Positions 1-8,552 of a DNA stretch of 64,000 bases are shown here, piece after piece; the first letter of the stretch is position 1; every line of letters starts with the position of its first letter. The translations under genes and the position numbers were made by a program. A model generated the notes under the pieces. It was not told the DNA's origin. It worked only from the letters and a program-made list of their open reading frames with translations, and searched no databases. Origin of the DNA: Trueperaceae bacterium (GTDB lineage Bacteria > Deinococcota > Deinococci > Deinococcales > Trueperaceae); contig OZ243956.1 in assembly GCA_965214405.1 (NCBI GenBank), positions 3,040,001 through 3,104,000 of the forward strand. Reading direction: 5' to 3'.

Positions 1-309
1 TCATGACCTCCCTAAACTACTTAGTTAGCCAAGTCTAAAGGGGTACTTCTGCGAGAAGAACCACCCAGGTGTGAATACTCAGCACGAATACTCGGACCAG
101 ATATCTGTCTAAAAATTATTCTTGAGAGATAGTATAAACAAAAAAGCTTTCCAAAGTCTATAGCAGGATTTCTCACCATTTCTCACACCCACGCAATCCC
201 TCCAGTAGTCCCCCACAACCCCTTGGTCATGGCAGCCGTGAGTCGTAACGAGGCGCGGCAACATCACCCTGCGGCGAAGAAGCTTGACAACACGCGCTCA
301 AGAGTTAGG

Positions 310-1569
310 ATGATGCCCGTGTATGCACGTGGGTTGGGTGAACCCAACCGCAACTTCTGGCTGGGCGTCTATAACGGCGTTCTCGTGAACGGGGCCGAGG
401 CGTTCTTTCATAGCAGCCTGGTTCTGGCTCCCTTTTTGGCCCAGTTGGGCGCGCCCGCGGCGGTTATCGGCCTTATCCCCGCGCTCAGGGTGGGGGGCTG
501 GCTGTTGCCGCAGCTTTTTGTGGCGAGCCGCCTCGCGCACCAGCCTTTTAAGCTGCCCTGGTACCGGCGCGTGTCGCTCTTGCGTTTTGCCGCGTTTGCG
601 GGAATGACGCTCTCTGTTTTCCTCCTGCGCGGGCAGCCTCAGTTCATCGTCCCGGTGGTGCTTGCGATGCTCGCGCTCAACGCGGTGGGGAGCGGGGTCT
701 CGGGCGTGTCGTTCGCCGACGTGACCGCCAAGGTGGTGCCGCACTATCGGCTCGGCACCTTTTGGGCCTTGAGAAACGCGGTCGGCGGGCTTCTGGCGCT
801 TCTTTCGGGATTGGTGCTGCGGCGGGTGCTGGCGAGCGACTTGGCGTTTCCGGTCAACTTCGGGGTTCTGTTTCTCGTGGGGACGACCCTGACCGGGTTC
901 GCCTATCTCTCGTTCAGCCTCATCCGCGAACCCGCGGGCAAGCCCGCGCTCAAGGAGCCCTTTCGTCACATGCTGGGCCGCATCCCCGAGATTTTGCGCG
1001 AGGACGTGAGCTTCCGGCGCTACATGAGGGTGCGCTTTCTGGCGCTTTTGGCGCTTCTCGCCGAGCCCTTTTACGCGGTGTACGCGTTGCGGGTGCTTCA
1101 GGTCCCGCCAAGCGTCCTGGGCATATTTGTCATCCTGGCGACGAGCGCGTCGATTACGGCAAACTTTCTTTTCCGCAGGACCGCCAACCGGGGCGGGAGC
1201 GTGACGATTTTTCAGCTCAGCGTCGGGCTCTTGCTCGCGGCTCCGCTGGTGGCGCTTTTGGCCCCCTCCTGGCACGTGTTCGCGCTCGTGTTTATGCTCT
1301 CGGCGGCGGGCAATACGGGGGTGGGGACGGCGGCCTGGAACCTCCTCTACGCGGTTTCGCCCGAGCGGGAGCGGCTGCTTTATGTGGGCACGGCCAACAG
1401 CCTCTTGTCGCTGCCGAGTTTCGCGCCCATTCTGGCGGGTGGGCTGCTGGGCTGGCTGGGATTTTTGCCCCTGTTTGGGCTGGCGGCCCTCTGCGCCCTC
1501 TCGAGCCTCGCGTTCGCCTTCCGTTTTCGTGAGTTGCGCGCGCGCGACCGTGCGCTGGTAGGGCATTAG
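310..1569 (+). CDS. MFS transporter
   Basis: About 12 hydrophobic segments. ORF is open from 223; likely start is ATG 310 or GTG 319 (after TAGGAT). Confidence 0.8.
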   Translation: MMPVYARGLGEPNRNFWLGVYNGVLVNGAEAFFHSSLVLAPFLAQLGAPAAVIGLIPALRVGGWLLPQLFVASRLAHQPFKLPWYRRVSLLRFAAFAGMTLSVFLLRGQPQFIVPVVLAMLALNAVGSGVSGVSFADVTAKVVPHYRLGTFWALRNAVGGLLALLSGLVLRRVLASDLAFPVNFGVLFLVGTTLTGFAYLSFSLIREPAGKPALKEPFRHMLGRIPEILREDVSFRRYMRVRFLALLALLAEPFYAVYALRVLQVPPSVLGIFVILATSASITANFLFRRTANRGGSVTIFQLSVGLLLAAPLVALLAPSWHVFALVFMLSAAGNTGVGTAAWNLLYAVSPERERLLYVGTANSLLSLPSFAPILAGGLLGWLGFLPLFGLAALCALSSLAFAFRFRELRARDRALVGH

Positions 1570-1712
1570 GAGTGCGAACGAGACAGGAGCTACATCATGG
1601 GTGTGACTGACGGTGCTCGAGAGCGTGCCGAGGTGGTGGGTGGCGCTCGAGCACGGCTCTGGCGCGGCAAATGAACAAAGCGCGTGCTTAGCTGGTAACG
1701 CGTTACTGCCTC

Positions 1713-2819
1713 TTACAACGCCTCTACCACAAGGTCGTGAAGATCCCACGCCAACGCGCCCGCGCACCCGCTCCTGTTGCCGAGAATCACGACGTCCACG
1801 TTCTTTTGTGGATAATGGTAGAAACGGCAGCTCACCCCGTCCTCTTCACCCGTGTGCCCCCAGCGCACGACCTGCTTAGACGCGTCCAGCAAGAAAAAGA
1901 GGCCGTAGCCGTACATCCAGGTGTAGCCCCTAAACGGTTCGTCATCTTCCAACACCTTAGGCGTCAGCATCTCCCGCGTCATCTCAGGGGACAACAGCCG
2001 CCCGTCACGAAGCGCCCCGGCAAAGCAGCTCAGGTCGTCAACCGTCGAACCCGCCCCGCCGTCCGCGGCCCCGACCGGCGTCGCCGCGTAGATGTTCTTT
2101 TTCCAGCCGGTGACGGCGTCATCGTCGGTGATGGGGACGTAGCCCTCGGCCACCTTGGCGTCAACGCCCTCGAGCGCCGGAAAACCCGACCGCGTCATCT
2201 GCGCGCGTCCGAAAACGTGTTGCCGCACGTAGTCGAAGTAGGGGAGCCCGGAAACCTTTTCAATCATCAGGCCCAGCAAGATGTAGCCCGCGTTGTTGTA
2301 CCCGTGTTTCTCCCCGACGGGTGCTAACGGGGGCTCGTTTACAAAAAGGGGCAGGTAATCTTCATGACGCCGGAACGCGTAGAGGGGATGCTCGAGGCGC
2401 AGCGCGGCCCAGTTCGCTTCCCAGTCGCCCGACTCGTCAAACCAGTCGGCGATGCCGGAGGTCATGGTGAGCAGGTGGTAAACGGTGACCTCTTTTGGAA
2501 CCCTGGTGTCTTCTAAGCCGAGGCGGGTGACGACGGGGGTGGTGAGCTCGAGCCCTCCCGCCTCCACAAGTTGCAACACGGCCACCGCGGTAAACATCTT
2601 GGACACCGAGGCGACGCGGAAGCGGGTGTTGGTTTGGTTTTTTACGCGCCAGGACCTGTTGGCGTAGCCGTAGGCGGCCTTGAACAGCTCCTCCCCTTGC
2701 TTGATAAGCACGGCCCCGGAAAACGCGTGCTGGCGGCTCTTGTCGGCTAACACTTGCGCGACTCGGTCTGTAAAGGCCATACCCAGCCTCCTTTCTACGG
2801 CTTGTGCTGATATGTTCAA
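1713..2819 (-). CDS. Serine hydrolase, beta-lactamase/AmpC-like family
   Basis: SxxK (SVSK), YxN (YNN), HTG and LLTMTSG motifs. Confidence 0.9.
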   Translation of the reverse strand: MNISAQAVERRLGMAFTDRVAQVLADKSRQHAFSGAVLIKQGEELFKAAYGYANRSWRVKNQTNTRFRVASVSKMFTAVAVLQLVEAGGLELTTPVVTRLGLEDTRVPKEVTVYHLLTMTSGIADWFDESGDWEANWAALRLEHPLYAFRRHEDYLPLFVNEPPLAPVGEKHGYNNAGYILLGLMIEKVSGLPYFDYVRQHVFGRAQMTRSGFPALEGVDAKVAEGYVPITDDDAVTGWKKNIYAATPVGAADGGAGSTVDDLSCFAGALRDGRLLSPEMTREMLTPKVLEDDEPFRGYTWMYGYGLFFLLDASKQVVRWGHTGEEDGVSCRFYHYPQKNVDVVILGNRSGCAGALAWDLHDLVVEAL

Positions 2820-2884
2820 CCCATCAACTGACTATGACCATTGATTTAGAGGATCTTTAAGAAATCGGCTTGCGTCTACTGAAG

Positions 2885-2980
2885 CCCCCTTAATAAGGGG
2901 GTTTGGGGGATTTCCTCGACCGACCTGCCGCAGAGTTAGTCACAAAAGCAAATCCCCCTCAGTCCCCCTTGTTGAGGGGG
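2885..2980. repeat. Inverted pair of REP-like palindromic units
   Basis: CCCCCTTAATAAGGGGGTTTGGGGGATTT (2885-2913) and an imperfect inverted copy AAATCCCCCTCAGTCCCCCTTGTTGAGGGGG (2950-2980). Confidence 0.6.
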
Positions 2981-2994
2981 AGGCAAAAACATTT

Positions 2995-4434
2995 TCAGGG
3001 CCTGCAATACGTCTGGACCGCTTCTTTCAGAGGTAGGTTCAGAGTGAGCTGGGGACCGTTGGGGTCGTAAAAGGCGAGCAGCGTGTTCCGGTTGCCGGGG
3101 GCCAAGCAGCGCGTGTTCATGCTGCTGTAGTCGAACGCGGTGAACACGCTCAGGGCGGGCGCGGCGAAAGACGTACCGGCGACACTCACCTGGGAGTAAG
3201 TCTCCCAATCACCCGCGGCTTCATTAAAGAACGACAGCGCGACGAAGCCGCCCGGCAGCAGCACCTCGCCGGTATTGGAGTAGCGCGTGTCTAGCGCGTC
3301 CGGGCTGCTCACGTCCGCCGCGCTCGTGCTGACGATTTCGGGCCAGAGGCCGGGGTAGAGCGAATAGCCGAGCCGGTAGTTGCCCGCCGCCGCCAAGTAG
3401 GTGATGGCGACAGGCCCGCTCGCAGGTTGGCCCACGTCGATGTTATCCACGAAGTTGCTCTGCGCGAGTTGTCTGAGCGGGTCGAAGCCCACGGCGGAAG
3501 TCACCACCCGCGCAAGTTCCGCCCGGAACCTCGCCACGTCGTACCCGTTCGCCCTCAGCACCTCCTCCTGATAGCCTTCAAACGTCAGCGTCGGCTGTTC
3601 GGCCCTGACTGCCTCAAAGTCTCTAAGGACGCTGCACGGGACGAGGCCGAAGCTGAAGTTCACGGCGAAGCGCTCCGTCCCGCTGAACGCGAGGTCCTGG
3701 ACCGCCGCGGCGACGCGGGCCGCGATGACCTCGGTGCTAAAGCCCTCGGTGTCCACGGCGGCCACGGTGGGCAGGTCGGGGCGGTCGGGGAACCGGGCGA
3801 TGGTCATGACGAAAGGCTCGAAGTCGTCGCTAAAGCCGAACGCGCCAAAGGTCAGGTTCACGCGCTCGAGGACGGGACCCTCTTCTAAGTTGCTGACGAG
3901 CGCCAGAGTGTGATTGAAGACGAGCGCCCCGTGCGACACCTGCCCGGCGGCCTCTAAAGCGTTCAGCAGCGGCTCCTGCTCGAGCGCCCGCTGTTGGGCC
4001 GTCGCGCCAGGGTCTAAGCGCGTAGGCAGGTCGCCGAGCTTGTCCCCGCCTCTCTGGTCGGGGAAGAACACGCCGGGGGTGCTCAGGCCCGCGCCGTTAA
4101 AGTCGTCCACCACCAGGATGGCGGTCGGGACGGCGGCGCTGGGTCGCGCCACGGCCTCTAAACCCGTGCGGATAGCTTGCGCGTCGCCTAATGCGGTGCT
4201 GGGGAAGGGAGAGACGGCCAGACCGCCGATGCCCCCCATCACGCGCAGTCCCTCTCCGGGGATCTCAAACTCGTTGGTGGGGCAGTTGCCTGTAGACTCG
4301 TCTACCAGCGTGTTGCCTTCAAGCTTCACGGGCGTGAGCGAATCCGGGTCGAAGGCGATAGGGGGCGTATTGGTACAGCAGGCGGCGAGTAGAAGGCCAA
4401 GGGCGAACGGGCTGAGTAGCAGACTACACTTCAT
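2995..4434 (-). CDS. S8 (subtilisin-like) serine peptidase, lipoprotein
   Basis: Lipobox LLAAC; VVDD, SHG, AAAGN and GTSFAAP motifs. Confidence 0.75.
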   Translation of the reverse strand: MKCSLLLSPFALGLLLAACCTNTPPIAFDPDSLTPVKLEGNTLVDESTGNCPTNEFEIPGEGLRVMGGIGGLAVSPFPSTALGDAQAIRTGLEAVARPSAAVPTAILVVDDFNGAGLSTPGVFFPDQRGGDKLGDLPTRLDPGATAQQRALEQEPLLNALEAAGQVSHGALVFNHTLALVSNLEEGPVLERVNLTFGAFGFSDDFEPFVMTIARFPDRPDLPTVAAVDTEGFSTEVIAARVAAAVQDLAFSGTERFAVNFSFGLVPCSVLRDFEAVRAEQPTLTFEGYQEEVLRANGYDVARFRAELARVVTSAVGFDPLRQLAQSNFVDNIDVGQPASGPVAITYLAAAGNYRLGYSLYPGLWPEIVSTSAADVSSPDALDTRYSNTGEVLLPGGFVALSFFNEAAGDWETYSQVSVAGTSFAAPALSVFTAFDYSSMNTRCLAPGNRNTLLAFYDPNGPQLTLNLPLKEAVQTYCRP

Positions 4435-4496
4435 GAATAATCCCTCCTATACATCCCTTTTGTCTACCGCTTGAGCGTCAATTAAGCGTGAATTCC

Positions 4497-7163
4497 TTAA
4501 ACCTCAGTTGCGTGTGATTCCGTTGAGTTCGTAGTTAACAGCTTACGGACCTGTTCCACTTCGGCGTGTGCGTGATTGGCTTCATACAGCTCGAGTGCTT
4601 CTCCAAGGTAGGCTTCGGCCTTGTGCTGCTCGCCAACATCAAGGTGCATCTCGCCCAGCTCGTGCAGCGCATAGGCTTGCCATATTTGGTTATTTCGGTC
4701 TTCGGCCAAGCGTAAGGCTTCTTCCCGAACGGATACGGCTTCTCCATATTTACCAAGCTTTCGCTTCGCTTCGCCCAAATTTAGTAGTGTGAAGAATAGA
4801 AGGTCGTCGGCGCGGCCCTGGTCGGCCTTGGGGTCATCGCGTAGCTTGTGCGCTAACTCAACCGCCTCGGCGTTTAGGCGCTCCACCATCCGCCAGTTAC
4901 CGTGAACACCCGCGACATAACCTCTATGCTGCAACACCTGCCCCAAGGCAACACTGTTATCAGATTCCACTGCTAGTTGGTAAGCCTGCTCGAAATCCAC
5001 ATCTGAGGAGAGACCCAGCTCATGACGTTCAATGGCACACAAACTCAGGAGGGTGGCCTCACGCGCTTTTTGCTTCGTAAGACGGGCGAGGTTTGTTGCC
5101 TCTATGTATGCGTCTAGCGCTTTACTATGCTGGTGATATTGAACACGGCGTGCATCACCGAGTTTGGTTGAGAAGTGGTGCGCCCGCTCAAGCTGCCCCA
5201 ACTCCTTCGCCCACCTCACCGCCACCTCCAACAAACTGAGCGACCGCGGCATGTGCCCCCTCGCGGAAAAGTACGCCTCGCCAATCACAAGCTCCGCCAT
5301 CACGTCCACCAGCACCCCCCGCTCCTCCGCCTCCTGCGCCGCCCCGAGCGCCCCGACGATGTTGCCGATGTCGGCCTCGAGCCTCTCAAAATCTTTTTTA
5401 GCCACGGCGACAAAGTCGCGGCAGGCCCGGACCACCGTCTGCGCCCTTACCGTCGTGTTTTGCCTCGCAAAGCTGTGCGAGAGGTCGTGCAGCGTGTAGC
5501 GCACGAGGTCGCTGCCGGGGCTCGCCGCGCGTTCGGCGAGGGCGCGGGTGTGGAGCTCGATGAGCGCGGCCTCGGTGCCCTCCACGTCGCGGCGCAGGGC
5601 GCGGGCCAGAAGCGGGGCGGTGACCGTCCCGGAGGCGAGCGCGCCGACGGCCAAAAATGCGTCGTAGGCGTTGTCGCTCAGCGCTTCCAAACTCGCTTGC
5701 AAGAGGGCGCTCACGCTCTCGCGGCCCTCCTCGCGCCAGCCTCGGGGGGTTTGCAGGGTGTGGGGCGCGTTGGCAAGCTGGGCGAGGAGCTGCTGCGGGC
5801 TGAGCTTGTCGTGTCTGAGCTTCGCCCCGGCCAGGCGCAGGGCAAAGGGATGGTCGCCCAGCACGTCGCAGACGCGGTCGGCTTCATCGTCGGCAAACTC
5901 GCGCTCGGTTCCAAAGGCGAGGAGTTGCCGCGCGTCGGGACGCTCGAGCCTCCCCACATCCAAGCGCGTAAGCCCCTTAATGCGTTGCCGCGCGGTGACG
6001 ACCAGGGGGAGCGTGTCGGGCAAGCGCCCCTGGAGGTCGCGCACCGCGGCCTCGTTCCAGGCGTCGTCTAGGACAAAAAGCGCGACGGGGTTGCGCTCGA
6101 GCGCCCTTTCTAGGCTTCCGGGCTGCGCGGCGGCCCCCTGGACGCCCAGCGCCTGCCCCGCCGCCTCAACGAGTTCGGCGGCGGTGGCGAGCCCCGCCTG
6201 GAGCCACAGCACTTTTCCCTCGACCTTTTCCCCGGCGGTTCCCTCGGCTTTTCCCTCGACTTTCCCACCGGCGAGCCAGCTTACGGCGAGTTCGGCGGCC
6301 AGCGCCGTTTTGCCCACGCCGCCGAAGCCGTGGAGCAGTACCGGGCGCTCGCGCACCTCGGTATCGAGCCGCTCGAGCAGCGCCTCACGTCCGAAGAGCT
6401 GCGCCGCGCGCCCGGCAACCTTGTCGCCGGGTCCCAGCAGAATCCCCCTCGCGCCGCCCCCGTCCATCCCCAGAAGCTCGCGCCGCACCTTGAGCGTTTC
6501 CGCGTCGGGTTCGCCGCCGAGGTCTAGGAGCGCGGCGCGGCAGCGGTCAAACGCACGCTGCACGTTTTCCGGGTGGCCGCTGTCGTGCTCGAGCCGCATC
6601 AGCAGCCGGACCGCGGCCTCGTCCAAGGGATTACGCACGGTGAGCGCTTCCGCGTACACCCTGGCGCGCTCAAACCTGCCCCGTCCGCGTAAATCTCGAG
6701 CCGCCCCCGACAAGGTTTCGTCGACAAGCGCCGCGATTCGCCGCCGCCCCTCCTCGAGCCACTCGCTGTAGGTGGGCGTGGGCGCTCTCAGCCCAAAAAG
6801 GAGTTCGCCCGCGTCGGTGCCAAGACACGCGTCCAGTAGGGTCAAGACCTCGTCGGAAGCGTGCTCAGCGCCGCGCGCGTGCTCGAGCCTCGCCACGTCG
6901 CTCTGCGCGGCAATCTCGATAAATTCACCGTCTTTCAACCAGACGTCCGCGCCGGGAAGCCCCCGCAGCTTGTAAAGCGCGGTCCGCAGGTTGCCGCCCC
7001 GTCCCGGCCCCCAGAGGACGTCGGTGAGTTCGCCCCGGGTGCAGGGCCGACCCTGGAGCGCCACGAAACAGAGGAGCGCCACGTGCTTGCCTTGCAGTTC
7101 CAGCGCCTCGCCCCGGTAGCTCACGCGGGGGGCACCCAAGAGGACGAGCTCGAGGTTGTCCAT
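4497..7163 (-). CDS. SARP/BTAD transcriptional regulator with NB-ARC (STAND) ATPase and TPR repeats
   Basis: N-terminal LLGAPRV wHTH; BTAD (NPLDEAAVRLLMRL); Walker A GFGGVGKT; Walker B FVLDDAW; HPFAL and LHDL motifs; C-terminal TPRs. Confidence 0.88.
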   Translation of the reverse strand: MDNLELVLLGAPRVSYRGEALELQGKHVALLCFVALQGRPCTRGELTDVLWGPGRGGNLRTALYKLRGLPGADVWLKDGEFIEIAAQSDVARLEHARGAEHASDEVLTLLDACLGTDAGELLFGLRAPTPTYSEWLEEGRRRIAALVDETLSGAARDLRGRGRFERARVYAEALTVRNPLDEAAVRLLMRLEHDSGHPENVQRAFDRCRAALLDLGGEPDAETLKVRRELLGMDGGGARGILLGPGDKVAGRAAQLFGREALLERLDTEVRERPVLLHGFGGVGKTALAAELAVSWLAGGKVEGKAEGTAGEKVEGKVLWLQAGLATAAELVEAAGQALGVQGAAAQPGSLERALERNPVALFVLDDAWNEAAVRDLQGRLPDTLPLVVTARQRIKGLTRLDVGRLERPDARQLLAFGTEREFADDEADRVCDVLGDHPFALRLAGAKLRHDKLSPQQLLAQLANAPHTLQTPRGWREEGRESVSALLQASLEALSDNAYDAFLAVGALASGTVTAPLLARALRRDVEGTEAALIELHTRALAERAASPGSDLVRYTLHDLSHSFARQNTTVRAQTVVRACRDFVAVAKKDFERLEADIGNIVGALGAAQEAEERGVLVDVMAELVIGEAYFSARGHMPRSLSLLEVAVRWAKELGQLERAHHFSTKLGDARRVQYHQHSKALDAYIEATNLARLTKQKAREATLLSLCAIERHELGLSSDVDFEQAYQLAVESDNSVALGQVLQHRGYVAGVHGNWRMVERLNAEAVELAHKLRDDPKADQGRADDLLFFTLLNLGEAKRKLGKYGEAVSVREEALRLAEDRNNQIWQAYALHELGEMHLDVGEQHKAEAYLGEALELYEANHAHAEVEQVRKLLTTNSTESHATEV

Positions 7164-7408
7164 GCCCCATTATGCACGAAACTTAAGCTTCCACATAATT
7201 TTTTCATGATCCGCCCATTTGTTGACGCGCAGTTCACGGCGGCGCGGCACACTGACCGCAGCAAGAAAGGAGGAGCCGATGCAGCTAGCGCAGTAGAGGA
7301 GCCGCGTGAGGATGGGTTTATAAAGGGCGCGTTTTGGTGAACCTGTAAACCCCTCTTCAGAAAGACGAAAGAAGAGCACACGTTGCAGCACACCTTGAGG
7401 AGGAAAGC

Positions 7409-8353
7409 ATGAGAAAGTTTTTCGGGATGACAAGTTTACTTCTGGCGGCGCTTTTGGGCGCTTGCGGTCAGCAGCAGGCGACCGCACCCCTAGAAACAGC
7501 GGGTACCGAGGACATAGCCCTCATCACCGACAGTCCCCATCTGGCGGACGCGCTCGAGAGGGCCGGTTTCGACGCCCGCTCGGTTGAACCCGACGCGTTG
7601 GGAAAGAGCTTTGAGGCGTACCGGGGCGGCTTAGTGTCTTATACCCCGCCACCCGACGACGCTCTCACCATCGACCCCGCGCGGTTGAAAGAGCTGCTGA
7701 GGTGGTCGTGGTGCGACCCGACGTTTTGTGATCCGCCGGAACCCATCATCGGTTGGAGCTTCACGGGCGTTTACATGACCCCCAAGCTGGCCGCCACGCT
7801 TCTCAGCCACGACCTGCGCCCCCGTGAGCTTGCGACATATTCCGGGGCGAAGCTGGCCGAGGTGCTGGCGCGGTTCGGCGTCCGCATCACCCACCGCATC
7901 TGCGACGGGCTGACCGGCGAATGTTTTGACGTCGAGGTTCCCGCCGAGCCGGAGCCCACACCCTGCCCCATATGCGAAAACGTCGGCCGCTACTTCGAGC
8001 TGGAGGCGCACCAGGCCCGGTCGCTCGAGGAGGCCGACCTCGTTATCGTCGACAGCCCGGCGCTGCTGGAGGTTGAAGCGGAGCTGGGCGAGCTTATCCA
8101 GCTCCGAGGGGCGGGACTCGAGCCCGTCATCAAGGGTGTCGGCCTGGCGGTCCACGCCGAAGCGGGCGAGGCGCGCGCTGTGGCGCTGGCCGAGGCGCTT
8201 GTTAGCGCCGAGGCGCAGCTCTCGCTCTACAACCACGCCGACCTTTTGCCCGTGGTGCCGGAACTTCTGGATGAGCTTGCGCAGGGGAGCTTTGGGGACC
8301 ACGTGAGGGGGGCGCTCGAGTTTAGCGGGCGGCCTCTGCCTCATCCCTTCTAA
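7409..8353 (+). CDS. Cys-rich lipoprotein, distantly solute-binding-protein-like
   Basis: RBS GAGGAGG; lipobox LLGAC; CxxxxC and CxxC motifs; C-terminus resembles the end of a solute-binding protein. Confidence 0.65.
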   Translation: MRKFFGMTSLLLAALLGACGQQQATAPLETAGTEDIALITDSPHLADALERAGFDARSVEPDALGKSFEAYRGGLVSYTPPPDDALTIDPARLKELLRWSWCDPTFCDPPEPIIGWSFTGVYMTPKLAATLLSHDLRPRELATYSGAKLAEVLARFGVRITHRICDGLTGECFDVEVPAEPEPTPCPICENVGRYFELEAHQARSLEEADLVIVDSPALLEVEAELGELIQLRGAGLEPVIKGVGLAVHAEAGEARAVALAEALVSAEAQLSLYNHADLLPVVPELLDELAQGSFGDHVRGALEFSGRPLPHPF

Positions 8354-8552
8354 ATCTCCCCAGACCTCCGTCCTAGAGATAGGTGACGGGGGAGAAAAGA
8401 GGCCCCACCCGTGTGACGAGCACGAGAAGCAGACGTGAATCTCGACCGGCGTTTAGAGCGCGGCGGATACTCGCAAGGGCAAACGCGGCGCTCTAGAAGG
8501 CCAGACCCCACGACCTTTAGCACGGACAAACCCCTGTCCAGAGGAGACATTT

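Noticed and set aside
1..222. Minus-strand gene start at positions 2-4 and divergent promoters
   Set aside because: An RBS and ATG are visible but the gene lies outside the window, so no product can be called.
298..1767. Long antisense or alternate-frame ORFs here and throughout (e.g. 5671-6771, 24610-25704, 53848-54882)
   Set aside because: They overlap well-supported genes, lack motifs and are expected in GC-rich DNA.
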